Notes under the pieces: model-generated
Seen by the model: the letters and a program-made list of their open reading frames with translations, nothing else
Databases searched by the model: none
Told to the model about the DNA's origin: nothing
Translations under genes and position numbers: made by a program
NCBI GenBank assembly: GCA_021268355.1
Contig: JAJETY010000003.1
Location: 36,782 to 59,434, forward strand
Direction: 5' to 3'
Origin: Nitrosopumilus sp.
GTDB taxonomy: Archaea > Thermoproteota > Nitrososphaeria > Nitrososphaerales > Nitrosopumilaceae
DNA: 22,653 bases
In this document: positions 15,237 through 22,653 of the stretch, piece by piece
How the letters are laid out: every line of letters starts with the position of its first letter
How positions within the stretch are numbered: position 1 is the stretch's first letter

Positions 15237-15887
15237 CTAGATGAAAATATCTGATTTTCTCTCTACAATTTGTTGTTTGAGAGAATCAGGAACATCTGGA
15301 ATTGAAGCTTTTGTTTGTCCAGCGATGAATCCTTGTGCTTCTTCTAAGATTGCCAATGTGTCTGCATTGGTATGTTGACCTACATTCATTGTATCACCTA
15401 ATTCCACTGATGAACCGGACATCACATCTCCCAGAATTGATGACAAGTCTTGCATTGATGCATTTGCCTCTGGCATGATTCCATTTAGTGATGGTGCAAG
15501 TCCTTTGATTATTGACATACATGGGCTGAGTGTGACTACTACATCACCGAGTTCTGAGACGGTGTCAAGTCTTAACTTAACTTGTTCCATTGAAAGTTTG
15601 GCACCACTTACCATATTCTTCATCTTTCTAACTTGTGCCAATTCATTTGCATATGCTTGTGCGTATGCATTTTTGTTATTTTTGTGAGCGTCAACTATCT
15701 TATTAAAAATCTGGTCATGTTTTGCTTGTAATTTTTCATTAATTCCTTCTAATTTAGAGATCTGAAACTGTAATTTTTTTTGTGCATAATCAATTTTATT
15801 CTTTAATGGTTCATCTGGCTTTACTTTTCCCATGACTTTTTGGGAAATGCTTTCTCCTTGTGTTTTGTTCCATGAGTTACTTAGCAT
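15237..15887 (-). CDS. cdvB: ESCRT-III / Snf7-family cell-division protein CdvB homologue
   Basis: 216 aa. A long helical-hairpin heptad pattern (KLQFQISKLEGINEKLQAKHDQIFNKIV......AYAQAYANELAQVRKM) is followed by MEQVKLRLDTVSELGDVV and an acidic/proline-containing C-terminus. Called on architecture and sequence feel, not by search. Confidence 0.7.
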   Translation of the reverse strand: MLSNSWNKTQGESISQKVMGKVKPDEPLKNKIDYAQKKLQFQISKLEGINEKLQAKHDQIFNKIVDAHKNNKNAYAQAYANELAQVRKMKNMVSGAKLSMEQVKLRLDTVSELGDVVVTLSPCMSIIKGLAPSLNGIMPEANASMQDLSSILGDVMSGSSVELGDTMNVGQHTNADTLAILEEAQGFIAGQTKASIPDVPDSLKQQIVERKSDIFI

Positions 15888-15978
15888 GTCTGATTCTCGA
15901 TATTGGTCAAAAATTTTGTTTTAAAGAGATTTGTCACCCTACCCAGTGTCACTGGAGTGACAGATAGTTGCAGTTACA

Positions 15979-17076
15979 CTATCCAAAGGTAAATGTGAAT
16001 ATCTGGAACCCCTTACCTTTGACCTTAATCTCCATAATGTGAGATTTGCTATCCTCACTTGTTACAATATTGTATAGTCCTGGTTCTGAAACACTTAGAG
16101 TATTTTCAGATGTAATATCTTGTCCCGCGTATTTAGTTGAAAGCGGTTCTCCGTCAAGATATATTTCAAGTTCTGCATTATTTGCAGTAACAATGTTAAC
16201 TTCTTTTGCATTGTACAGTAATTTTATCTCTCCAGTTTTTGAAACCAATTCCATACTCTCTTCATGATTCTTCCATGTTCCTGTAGGGTAGAACTTGTGT
16301 AATTCTATTTTGTCAGGTTCTTGATATGTTACTATCTTTTCAGGTTGGAATCCTTCTTCACTACCTAATTGGTTTCTGTTTTGCGCAAAGTAATACCCAA
16401 AGTATAATTCTGGAGTTCTAAACAAAGTATGTTCAAACTCTTCAATTTCAACTAGTGATGATGCTGGTGCTATTTGAATTCCTAATGCATCAGATCTTTC
16501 TTTGATTAATTGCTGAATAATTTTCTCCGTTTCTTGATATCCACCTTCTCCAATGTAATCATATCTGATGTAACCTTCATGATCTGCAATGTATTTTCTT
16601 GGCCAGTATCTGTTTTCAAATGCATCCCATGTTTCCATGTCATTGTCCATTACAACAGGATAATTGATTCCATGCTTTTCAATTGACATTTGTACATTTT
16701 CTGGAACTTTTTCAAATTCAAATTCAGGAGAATGAACTCCAATAATTAACAATCCCTGTTCAGCATACTTGTCATCCCATGCTGTAATGTATGGTAATGT
16801 TCTGATACAATTAATGCAACTATATGTCCAGATGTCATACAACACAACTTTTCCTTCTATCTCCTGGACTAGTTCTTCAGGAGTTGTGTTCAGATAGTGC
16901 GCAATTCCTACCAAGTCTGGTGCTTTCTTGAATCCTGATTTGTTTATCTGGGTAGAATCCCCTCCTATGTTAGCAACACTGGCCTGGTCAAGAGTAGAAA
17001 ATGCCACGCTTATTGCTACTATTCCTATTCCTATTGCGACTGCTAGAATAATTGCTGTTTTAATTTCTGACTTCAT
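15979..17076 (-). CDS. membrane-anchored thioredoxin-like protein, DipZ C-terminal-domain type (CxxC plus beta-rich C-terminal domain)
   Basis: 365 aa. An N-terminal TM anchor is followed by a redoxin motif VVLYDIWTYSCINCIRTLPY...IIGVHSPEFEFEK. It lies directly downstream of CcdA. Confidence 0.75.
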   Translation of the reverse strand: MKSEIKTAIILAVAIGIGIVAISVAFSTLDQASVANIGGDSTQINKSGFKKAPDLVGIAHYLNTTPEELVQEIEGKVVLYDIWTYSCINCIRTLPYITAWDDKYAEQGLLIIGVHSPEFEFEKVPENVQMSIEKHGINYPVVMDNDMETWDAFENRYWPRKYIADHEGYIRYDYIGEGGYQETEKIIQQLIKERSDALGIQIAPASSLVEIEEFEHTLFRTPELYFGYYFAQNRNQLGSEEGFQPEKIVTYQEPDKIELHKFYPTGTWKNHEESMELVSKTGEIKLLYNAKEVNIVTANNAELEIYLDGEPLSTKYAGQDITSENTLSVSEPGLYNIVTSEDSKSHIMEIKVKGKGFQIFTFTFG

Positions 17077-17080
17077 TTAA

Positions 17081-17815
17081 TCACCCTAAGAGAATTAATT
17101 CATTGAGTAGAGGAAAGTTTGCAATATATGCTAGCTGGTTTGTAAATACCAAAACTCCCAACAATATGATGAATCCTCCTAAAATTATGTTGTAATACTT
17201 TAGATGTTTACTCATTGAACGAATTATCCTGTTTGCTCTAGAGTAAAACACTCCAATTAGGATAAATGGAATTCCTAGTCCTAAAGAGTACACTAGTAGC
17301 AAGTTAAATGCAACAGATGGTGTTGTTGCTGCAAGTGTAAGTATGCTTCCAAGTATTGGTCCTACACATGGAGTCCATCCTGCTGCAAAAGCTAAACCAA
17401 AGACAAATGACATTGGATAACTCGCCTTTGATCTTTTTGGAAAGAATTTTTTCTCCAAGTTTAGCTTGTTTATCTTCATTGATAAAAGTAGGAATATTCC
17501 AAACCCTACTATGATTACCCCGCCAATTTGATTAAGTTCGTCTACTATTTCCCATGACACAGACGATAATGTACTGTTAATTATTACACCTATGGTTGAA
17601 AACACAACTGAAAATCCTAATACAAAAAATACTGAATTCAAAACAATATTTGTTCTATTTACTGAAAATGTTTTTGTTCCATCCCTTTGATTTAATTCTG
17701 AAAGTGTTGTTCCTGAAATGTATGCAAGAAATGCTGGAATCATAGGTAAAATGCATGGCGCAACAAATGATCCAAGTCCAGCTAGTGCTGCAACTGCTAG
17801 TGTTATTTCTGCCAC
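17081..17815 (-). CDS. ccdA: CcdA/DsbD-family transmembrane thiol-disulfide electron transporter
   Basis: 244 aa and polytopic. It has the two conserved Cys motifs, SFVAPCILPMIPAFL and AAGWTPCVGPILG. Confidence 0.85.
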   Translation of the reverse strand: MAEITLAVAALAGLGSFVAPCILPMIPAFLAYISGTTLSELNQRDGTKTFSVNRTNIVLNSVFFVLGFSVVFSTIGVIINSTLSSVSWEIVDELNQIGGVIIVGFGIFLLLSMKINKLNLEKKFFPKRSKASYPMSFVFGLAFAAGWTPCVGPILGSILTLAATTPSVAFNLLLVYSLGLGIPFILIGVFYSRANRIIRSMSKHLKYYNIILGGFIILLGVLVFTNQLAYIANFPLLNELILLG

Positions 17816-17911
17816 ATACTAAAGTTGTAATTTTCACTTTAAAGCATTCTTCCAGTTTTTTACCAAATGCTAATGCAATCCGTTTTTAACTGGGGTGTGC
17901 CTAATTTTGGT

Positions 17912-18016
17912 ATGAATAAACGATTCATAATTGTCGGTGTCGCTTTAGGTCTCATTGTTGTGGCTGCTGTTTTGATTGGATCTCCAATGTTTGGCGGCTT
18001 TGACGCTATGAGATAA
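17912..18016 (+). CDS. candidate 34-aa single-TM micro-protein (MNKRFIIVGVALGLIVVAAVLIGSPMFGGFDAMR)
   Basis: Hand-translated. The stop abuts the convergent bioF stop. Preferred over the 68-aa minus-strand ORF 17860-18066, which runs into bioF. Confidence 0.35.
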   Translation: MNKRFIIVGVALGLIVVAAVLIGSPMFGGFDAMR

Positions 18017-19156
18017 CTAATAGAATTTGACGTATGCCTTCTCAAATATCTCCAGTGCCTTGTCAATTTCCTTGTCTTGTAGCCATGCAGTAACTGATAT
18101 TCTTAATCTGGCCTGATTCTTTGGGACAGTTGGATATCTGATTGGCTGTGCAAACACTCCATTATCAAACAAGAATTTTCCAAACTCCATTGCTGATTTT
18201 TCATTTCCAATAACGATTGGAATAATTTGGGATTGAGAGTTTATCTCAAAACCAATTTGTTTGAGGCCTTTGGACAATAATTTTGTATTTTTTTCTAGTT
18301 TCTTTTTTTGTTTTTCTCTGTTTGATTCAAATCTTTTTAGAGAATGCTTTACCAAAAATGATGGAAGTGCAGAAGTGTAAATGAATGATTTTGATTTGTT
18401 AATGCATAAATCAATTACATTGTTTTGTGATGCAATGTATCCTCCAAAAGATCCTAATCCCTTACTCAAACTACTGACATACAAATCAATTTTCTTTGCA
18501 ACATTAAAGTGACTAGGTGTTCCTTTTCCATCTTTGCCAATAACAAAATCTCCGTGTGCATCATCTACAATCGTTATGGCATTAGCCTTTTGTGCAATCT
18601 CTGTAATTTGTTTTAGAGATGACAAATCTCCATCCATACTGAATATTCCTTCAGTTATGATGAACTTGTTTTTTGCTTTTTGTTCTGACTTTTTTTGTAA
18701 ATCTTGCATGTCATTATGTTTGTAGATTGAAACTTGGGCATCAGTCAACTTGCATGATTCAATGATGCTTGCATGATTAAGTTCGTCACTTAGAATCAAA
18801 TCTCCTTTCTTTACAATTGCTGAAATTGAACCCAAGTTTGCCATGTACCCTGTAGGATAAATCAAACTGTTTTGCTGTGACTTGTGTTTAGCAAGTGCTT
18901 TTTCTAATTTTTTGTAAGACTCGTCATTTCCTGACACCAATCTTGAACTTGATTGTAGTTGGTTTGCCTGAATCTTTGTAATTGGAATACCTAGATAGTC
19001 ATTTGAGCATAAATTGAGCAGTTTTTTGCCATTAATGGTGATGCGTGCGCCTTGAGCTTTACCATATCGTAATTTTCTATAGAGATTGTTTTGCTTTATT
19101 GCTTGTAACTCTGCATCAACAAAGTCAAGTTTATGCCTGGAGGCCAATTTTTTCAA
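18017..19156 (-). CDS. bioF: 8-amino-7-oxononanoate synthase (PLP-dependent acyltransferase)
   Basis: 379 aa. NDYLG, IVDDAHG and the SLSKGLGS..GG lysine motif are present. It is adjacent to bioB and bioA. Confidence 0.85.
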   Translation of the reverse strand: MKKLASRHKLDFVDAELQAIKQNNLYRKLRYGKAQGARITINGKKLLNLCSNDYLGIPITKIQANQLQSSSRLVSGNDESYKKLEKALAKHKSQQNSLIYPTGYMANLGSISAIVKKGDLILSDELNHASIIESCKLTDAQVSIYKHNDMQDLQKKSEQKAKNKFIITEGIFSMDGDLSSLKQITEIAQKANAITIVDDAHGDFVIGKDGKGTPSHFNVAKKIDLYVSSLSKGLGSFGGYIASQNNVIDLCINKSKSFIYTSALPSFLVKHSLKRFESNREKQKKKLEKNTKLLSKGLKQIGFEINSQSQIIPIVIGNEKSAMEFGKFLFDNGVFAQPIRYPTVPKNQARLRISVTAWLQDKEIDKALEIFEKAYVKFY

Positions 19157-20108
19157 TCATTTGACGGTCTTTTTGAGCCTCATTACCGCCCATTGTGAGA
19201 TAACCTGCAGTGATAATTCCGTTTGCTCCGCTTTGTAGAAGTTCTTCTCCAGAGTCATCTAGTTGTGTCTCTCTTCCTCCTGATATCTTGATGACTGATT
19301 CAGGCAACAAGAATCTGATCACAGAAAACATTCTGACAATTTCTCCATTTGGCAAATCTGTTTGTAATTCTAATGGAGTTCCTGGAACTGGAACTAGTAT
19401 GTTAATTGTAACTTCTTCAGGGAACAATCTTGCAAGTTCTAATGTTAATTCTAATCTCTGTTCTCTACTTTCGCCTAAACCAATAATTCCGCCAGTACAC
19501 AACTCTAATCCTGCATCTCTTGCAATTCCTAATGTTTTTAGTCTGTCTTCATAAGTGTGAGTAGTACAAATCTCTGGGAATTTTGATTTTGCAGTCTCTA
19601 AATTATGATTGTATCTTTTTACTCTAAGTTCTTTGAGTTTCTTTGCTTGTTCTTCTGTTAGAAATCCTAGACTACATTCAACACTTATTCCAACTTTATT
19701 ATTAATTTCAGTTATGATCTTACAAACTTTTTCAAAATCTTTCTTTGATGGTTCACGCCATGCTGCTACTAAACAATAAGATTCTGCACCTTCGTCTTTT
19801 GCTTTTTGTGCTTTTGTTACTACTTCTTCAGGTGATGGTAATTGGTATGTCTCAATACCCGTATCAAAGAATGCAGACTGTCCACAAAATGTACAGTCTT
19901 CACTACATGCATTTTTTTTAATATTGTTTAACTGTTCGACATCTACTTTTTCTCCGTTAAAATCACGAGTAATCTCATTTGCACATTTTGCTAAATCTTT
20001 GAGATATTCATCTGGAATGTTTAGCAGTTTTTCAGCATCTTTAGCAGTAATGTGATTTCCTGAGAATACTTTTTCCTGACACTCTTTGATAAATTCCAGA
20101 GTACTCAT
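19131..20108 (-). CDS. bioB: biotin synthase (radical SAM)
   Basis: 325 aa. CSEDCTFCGQS is a CxxxCxxC cluster motif, with YNHNLET and GGIIGLGE also present. Confidence 0.92.
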   Translation of the reverse strand: MSTLEFIKECQEKVFSGNHITAKDAEKLLNIPDEYLKDLAKCANEITRDFNGEKVDVEQLNNIKKNACSEDCTFCGQSAFFDTGIETYQLPSPEEVVTKAQKAKDEGAESYCLVAAWREPSKKDFEKVCKIITEINNKVGISVECSLGFLTEEQAKKLKELRVKRYNHNLETAKSKFPEICTTHTYEDRLKTLGIARDAGLELCTGGIIGLGESREQRLELTLELARLFPEEVTINILVPVPGTPLELQTDLPNGEIVRMFSVIRFLLPESVIKISGGRETQLDDSGEELLQSGANGIITAGYLTMGGNEAQKDRQMIEKIGLQA

Positions 20109-20124
20109 AATTTGAGACAGATAT

Positions 20125-20149
20125 TTTCCATTTATAACAATAATGGAAA
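20125..20149 (-). promoter_or_regulatory. 8-bp inverted repeat TTTCCATT/AATGGAAA enclosing a TATA-like TTATAAA, 17-41 nt upstream of the bioB ATG
   Basis: Read directly: arms at 20125-20132 and 20142-20149, with the TATA-like core (minus strand) at about 20131-20138, centred about 26 nt from the ATG at 20108. Confidence 0.4.
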
Positions 20150-20150
20150 T

Positions 20151-20179
20151 GTTAACCTTTGAGCATGTAGGGGGTTAAC
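20151..20179. promoter_or_regulatory. dyad GTTAACC-N15-GGTTAAC in the bioA-bioB spacer (operator candidate)
   Basis: Read directly: arms at 20151-20157 and 20173-20179. The right arm is embedded in GGGGGTTAACGC, which resembles the 2224-2240 motif. Confidence 0.4.
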
Positions 20180-20181
20180 GC

Positions 20182-21498
20182 TCAGATTACCTGCGATTTT
20201 GCATCTTTGATGGTCTTAATGGTTCTTTTTAGGAGTGAATTTAGCTCTTTTTCTGATATTGCCAGTGGCGGTACAAGCATCACTATGTTGCCCAATGTTC
20301 TGAGGTAGATGCCATTTTTCTTACCAGTTTCATAGAATATCTTGTTGATTGATTTTTTGGGGTGAATTGGAGTCTTTTTCTTCCTGTCGGTTACTAGTTC
20401 TATGCCCATGAGCATTCCTTTGTGTCTGATGTCTCCTACCAAATCAATTTCAGATATTTCATCATAATACTCTTCAAAGACTTTGGATGTCTTTTGGATT
20501 TTTTTGATCAAGTTGTTCTTCTTGTACATCTTTATGTTCTCATTTGCAACTGATGCCGCAAGTGGGTTTCCAGTGTATGTGTGTCCATGGAACAAGTGTC
20601 GCCAATCATTAAACTCTCCTGAAAATGAATCATAGACTTTTTTGCTTGCAAGAGTTGCTGCCATGGTAAGATATCCTCCTGTTAGCATTTTGCCATATGC
20701 AACAATGTCTGGAATTGACTTTTGTTCTTGGTACTGTGTCATGGAACCCAATCTACCAAATCCTGTTGCAATCTCATCTAGTACAAACAACACATTATAC
20801 TTTTTACATAATTGACTAATCTTTCTTTGAAATCCTTTAGGATAAATTATAACTCCTCCTGCAACTTGTGCACCGCTCTCCATTACAAATGCTGCAATTT
20901 TGTTATTTTTTGAAAACTTTTTTTCTATTTTGTCTAGTGATTCATTTTGATAATCAGATAATGTATATCCTTTAGGTAATCGATACTTGTTTGGAACTGG
21001 GAATTGTATAGTTTGGAATAATTGCTTTTTGAATTTGCCAAAGAACTGTGGAACATATCCTACTGCCATTGCACCAAATGTATCCCCATGATAACCATTC
21101 TCTACTGTAGCAATCTCTGTCTTTTTTTCACCAATGTTTTTCCAGTATTGTAATGCAATCTTGATTGCAATCTCCATTGCAGATGATCCATTATCTGAAT
21201 AGAACACCTTGTGCATTCCAGGTGATATTTTGATTAGACTGTCTGCAAGTTGCTCTGCAGGCTCGTTTGTTATGTTAAACATGGAAGAATGCTGTAATTT
21301 CTTGCTCTGATTTGTGAATGCTTTAACCAATTGTGGATTAGAATGGCCCCACACGTTACACCACATAGAGGCCACTGCATCAATCATCTTGTGACCTTTA
21401 GAATCTTCAAGCCACATTCCTTTGGCCTTGGTAATTTTATCAAATGAACTCCACTCTTTCATCTGTGTATTTGGATGCCAAACAGAACTTTTCATCAA
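20182..21498 (-). CDS. bioA: adenosylmethionine-8-amino-7-oxononanoate aminotransferase
   Basis: 438-aa class-III aminotransferase, with GYHGDT, DEIATGFGR.G and G.LT.GY..... motifs. It sits in a bio gene context. Confidence 0.88.
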   Translation of the reverse strand: MMKSSVWHPNTQMKEWSSFDKITKAKGMWLEDSKGHKMIDAVASMWCNVWGHSNPQLVKAFTNQSKKLQHSSMFNITNEPAEQLADSLIKISPGMHKVFYSDNGSSAMEIAIKIALQYWKNIGEKKTEIATVENGYHGDTFGAMAVGYVPQFFGKFKKQLFQTIQFPVPNKYRLPKGYTLSDYQNESLDKIEKKFSKNNKIAAFVMESGAQVAGGVIIYPKGFQRKISQLCKKYNVLFVLDEIATGFGRLGSMTQYQEQKSIPDIVAYGKMLTGGYLTMAATLASKKVYDSFSGEFNDWRHLFHGHTYTGNPLAASVANENIKMYKKNNLIKKIQKTSKVFEEYYDEISEIDLVGDIRHKGMLMGIELVTDRKKKTPIHPKKSINKIFYETGKKNGIYLRTLGNIVMLVPPLAISEKELNSLLKRTIKTIKDAKSQVI

Positions 21499-21563
21499 GC
21501 AGTAAATTATCTTTTGATCTTAATAATGAAACTATTTCAAAAATTTGATTGTATTAAATAATA

Positions 21564-22007
21564 ATGATAATCACCTTGTTTGTGAATAAGGATAACAAAA
21601 AAGCCATTCGTACTTGGCTTAATCCTAAAGGTTATGGGATTAGTCGTGTTTCCTGGTTATCTATGAGACTCTCGGGTGTTTTTTTACTAGTATTTTTTAT
21701 CATTCACGTCATTCATTCTGCATCAATCTTAGATAGACTTTCTTGGGGTCAATTACTCTATACTGCGTATTCTCCTATTGGATTTGTAATTCTGTCTGTT
21801 ATGATTGGGTTGGGTACATTTCATGCAATTAATGGTGTTCGTTTGATGTTTAATCAAGGTGGTATTGGTATTGGTTCTCCAAAAAGACCCGATTATCCAT
21901 ACAATGTTGAATCTATGAATAAGAAAAATCGATTGTGCATTTATGTGACAATTGGTATTGCTGCACTTGCTTTGTACTATTCATTAGGGGTGCTGTTCAA
22001 ATTTTGA
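21564..22007 (+). CDS. sdhC: succinate dehydrogenase/fumarate reductase membrane anchor, SdhC-like (true start may be downstream)
   Basis: 147 aa with 3 TM helices. MRLSGVFLLVFFIIH and GTFHAINGVRLMFNQ parallel the HR.SG and H...G.RH...D signatures of SdhC. Confidence 0.6.
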   Translation: MIITLFVNKDNKKAIRTWLNPKGYGISRVSWLSMRLSGVFLLVFFIIHVIHSASILDRLSWGQLLYTAYSPIGFVILSVMIGLGTFHAINGVRLMFNQGGIGIGSPKRPDYPYNVESMNKKNRLCIYVTIGIAALALYYSLGVLFKF

Positions 22008-22357
22008 TGATCAGAGAGAGTCAAATAAGAAAAATACATTATGCTACCGCGATGGGGGCAGTAGGCCTAGTTGCATTGCACATACTTGTGAGGTTTTCCA
22101 CAGGAAACTTTGCACAATCACTAACATATGAAAATGTAATTGCAAATTACCAAAATCTTACCTATGCCGTCCTGCTTGAATTGATGCTAATTTTAATTTC
22201 AATTCATGGTTTTAATGGATTGAGAGGAATATTACTTGATTATAAAAGTGGTATTAGATATGATAAATTAGTTAATTGGGGATGTTTTCTTTCTGCAATG
22301 GGATTGATTGCATTTGGAACTGCAGTGATAATTTTAGCCAATCAAATAGAAATCTAA
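22007..22357 (+). CDS. sdhD: succinate dehydrogenase membrane anchor, SdhD-like (116 aa from internal ATG overlapping the sdhC stop)
   Basis: The track ORF starts at 21935, but an in-frame ATG at 22007 overlaps the sdhC TGA (TGATG). The product has 3 TM helices and an SIHGFNGLRGILLDY motif. The upstream 24 codons are Cys/Trp-rich and lie inside sdhC. Confidence 0.55.
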   Translation: MIRESQIRKIHYATAMGAVGLVALHILVRFSTGNFAQSLTYENVIANYQNLTYAVLLELMLILISIHGFNGLRGILLDYKSGIRYDKLVNWGCFLSAMGLIAFGTAVIILANQIEI

Positions 22358-22385
22358 TCTTGATGTCGTACTCAGAATGATTGAA

Positions 22386-22571
22386 TTATTCAAAATCTAC
22401 ACTTCTCATAGCAGCACAAGCCTTGCCACCTTTACTCCAACACTTGCAAGAACATGACACTGCCTTTCCACTCTCTATTTCCTTGATTACTTTATGAAAA
22501 ACCCCTTCTCTAACTTTGGATTCTATTGTTATGGTTTCATATTTATCGGAATCTTGAAAGTTTTCTGCCAT
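22386..22571 (-). CDS. small Cys-containing hypothetical protein (61 aa)
   Basis: Intact ORF with a CSCKC...C cluster. No family recognised. Confidence 0.45.
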   Translation of the reverse strand: MAENFQDSDKYETITIESKVREGVFHKVIKEIESGKAVSCSCKCWSKGGKACAAMRSVDFE

Positions 22572-22603
22572 GATTACTTGTAGTTGAGGCTATTTTTAAT
22601 GAT

Positions 22604-22653
22604 ATGGGAACAACCGATGAGTTAATCAATGGAATTATTCTAAAAATTTCAGA
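22604..22653 (+). CDS. possible 5' end of a gene running off the window (MGTTDELINGIILKIS...)
   Basis: ATG at 22604, open to the window end. Only 16 codons are visible. Confidence 0.25.
   Translation, partial: MGTTDELINGIILKIS

Noticed and set aside
17655-18066. ORFs 17655-17837 (60 aa) and 17860-18066 (68 aa) on the minus strand
   Set aside because: The first lies wholly inside ccdA in another frame. The second overlaps the 3' end of bioF by 50 nt and has an odd composition. A plus-strand 34-aa TM ORF explains the spacer better.
21935-22006. N-terminal 24 codons of the track ORF 21935-22357
   Set aside because: This segment (MHLCDNWYCCTCFVLFIRGAVQIL) lies inside the sdhC coding region and looks non-native. 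An in-frame ATG overlapping the sdhC stop gives a typical coupled start.

Overview
AT-rich archaeal sequence. The gene content fits a Nitrosopumilus-like ammonia-oxidising thaumarchaeon: S4e and RNase P Rpp29 sit inside the ribosomal operon, there is a CdvB/ESCRT-III homologue, and many starts look leaderless. This taxon call is inference, not a database hit.

Layout:
(1) 1-4080 is an accessory-looking stretch. It holds small hypothetical genes, a PPOX-family gene, a polycationic Ala/Lys/Pro/Arg repeat protein, a gap of about 580 bp (1892-2470) with no convincing ORF but G-tract/TTTAAC inverted repeats, four copies of a 22-30 bp palindrome, and tRNA-Asn(GUU).
(2) 4080-12091 (minus strand) is the S10/spc-type ribosomal protein operon: L3-L4-L23-S19-L22-S3-L29-Rpp29-S17-L14-L24-S4e-L5-S14-S8-L6. 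No L2 gene lies between L23 and S19. The operon ends after L6 with an acidic 95-aa unknown.
(3) 12184-14347 holds a SPOUT/DUF171 methyltransferase-like gene, proteasome alpha subunit and a divergent DUF371 gene.
(4) 14387-17815 holds hypotheticals, CdvB, and a split DipZ-type pair (CcdA plus membrane-anchored thioredoxin-like protein).
(5) 18017-21498 holds bioA, bioB and bioF, without bioD.
(6) 21564-22357 holds an SdhC/SdhD-like membrane pair.

I found no rRNA, CRISPR array, transposase, integrase or recognisable defence gene. Most of the window is ordinary core genome. The unexplained signals are non-coding: the palindrome family, the G-tract inverted-repeat cluster, and a dyad-rich internal promoter region in front of bioB. 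There are also several unannotated ORFs under 60 aa. All functional calls come from reading the translations and motifs by eye, with no searches run.
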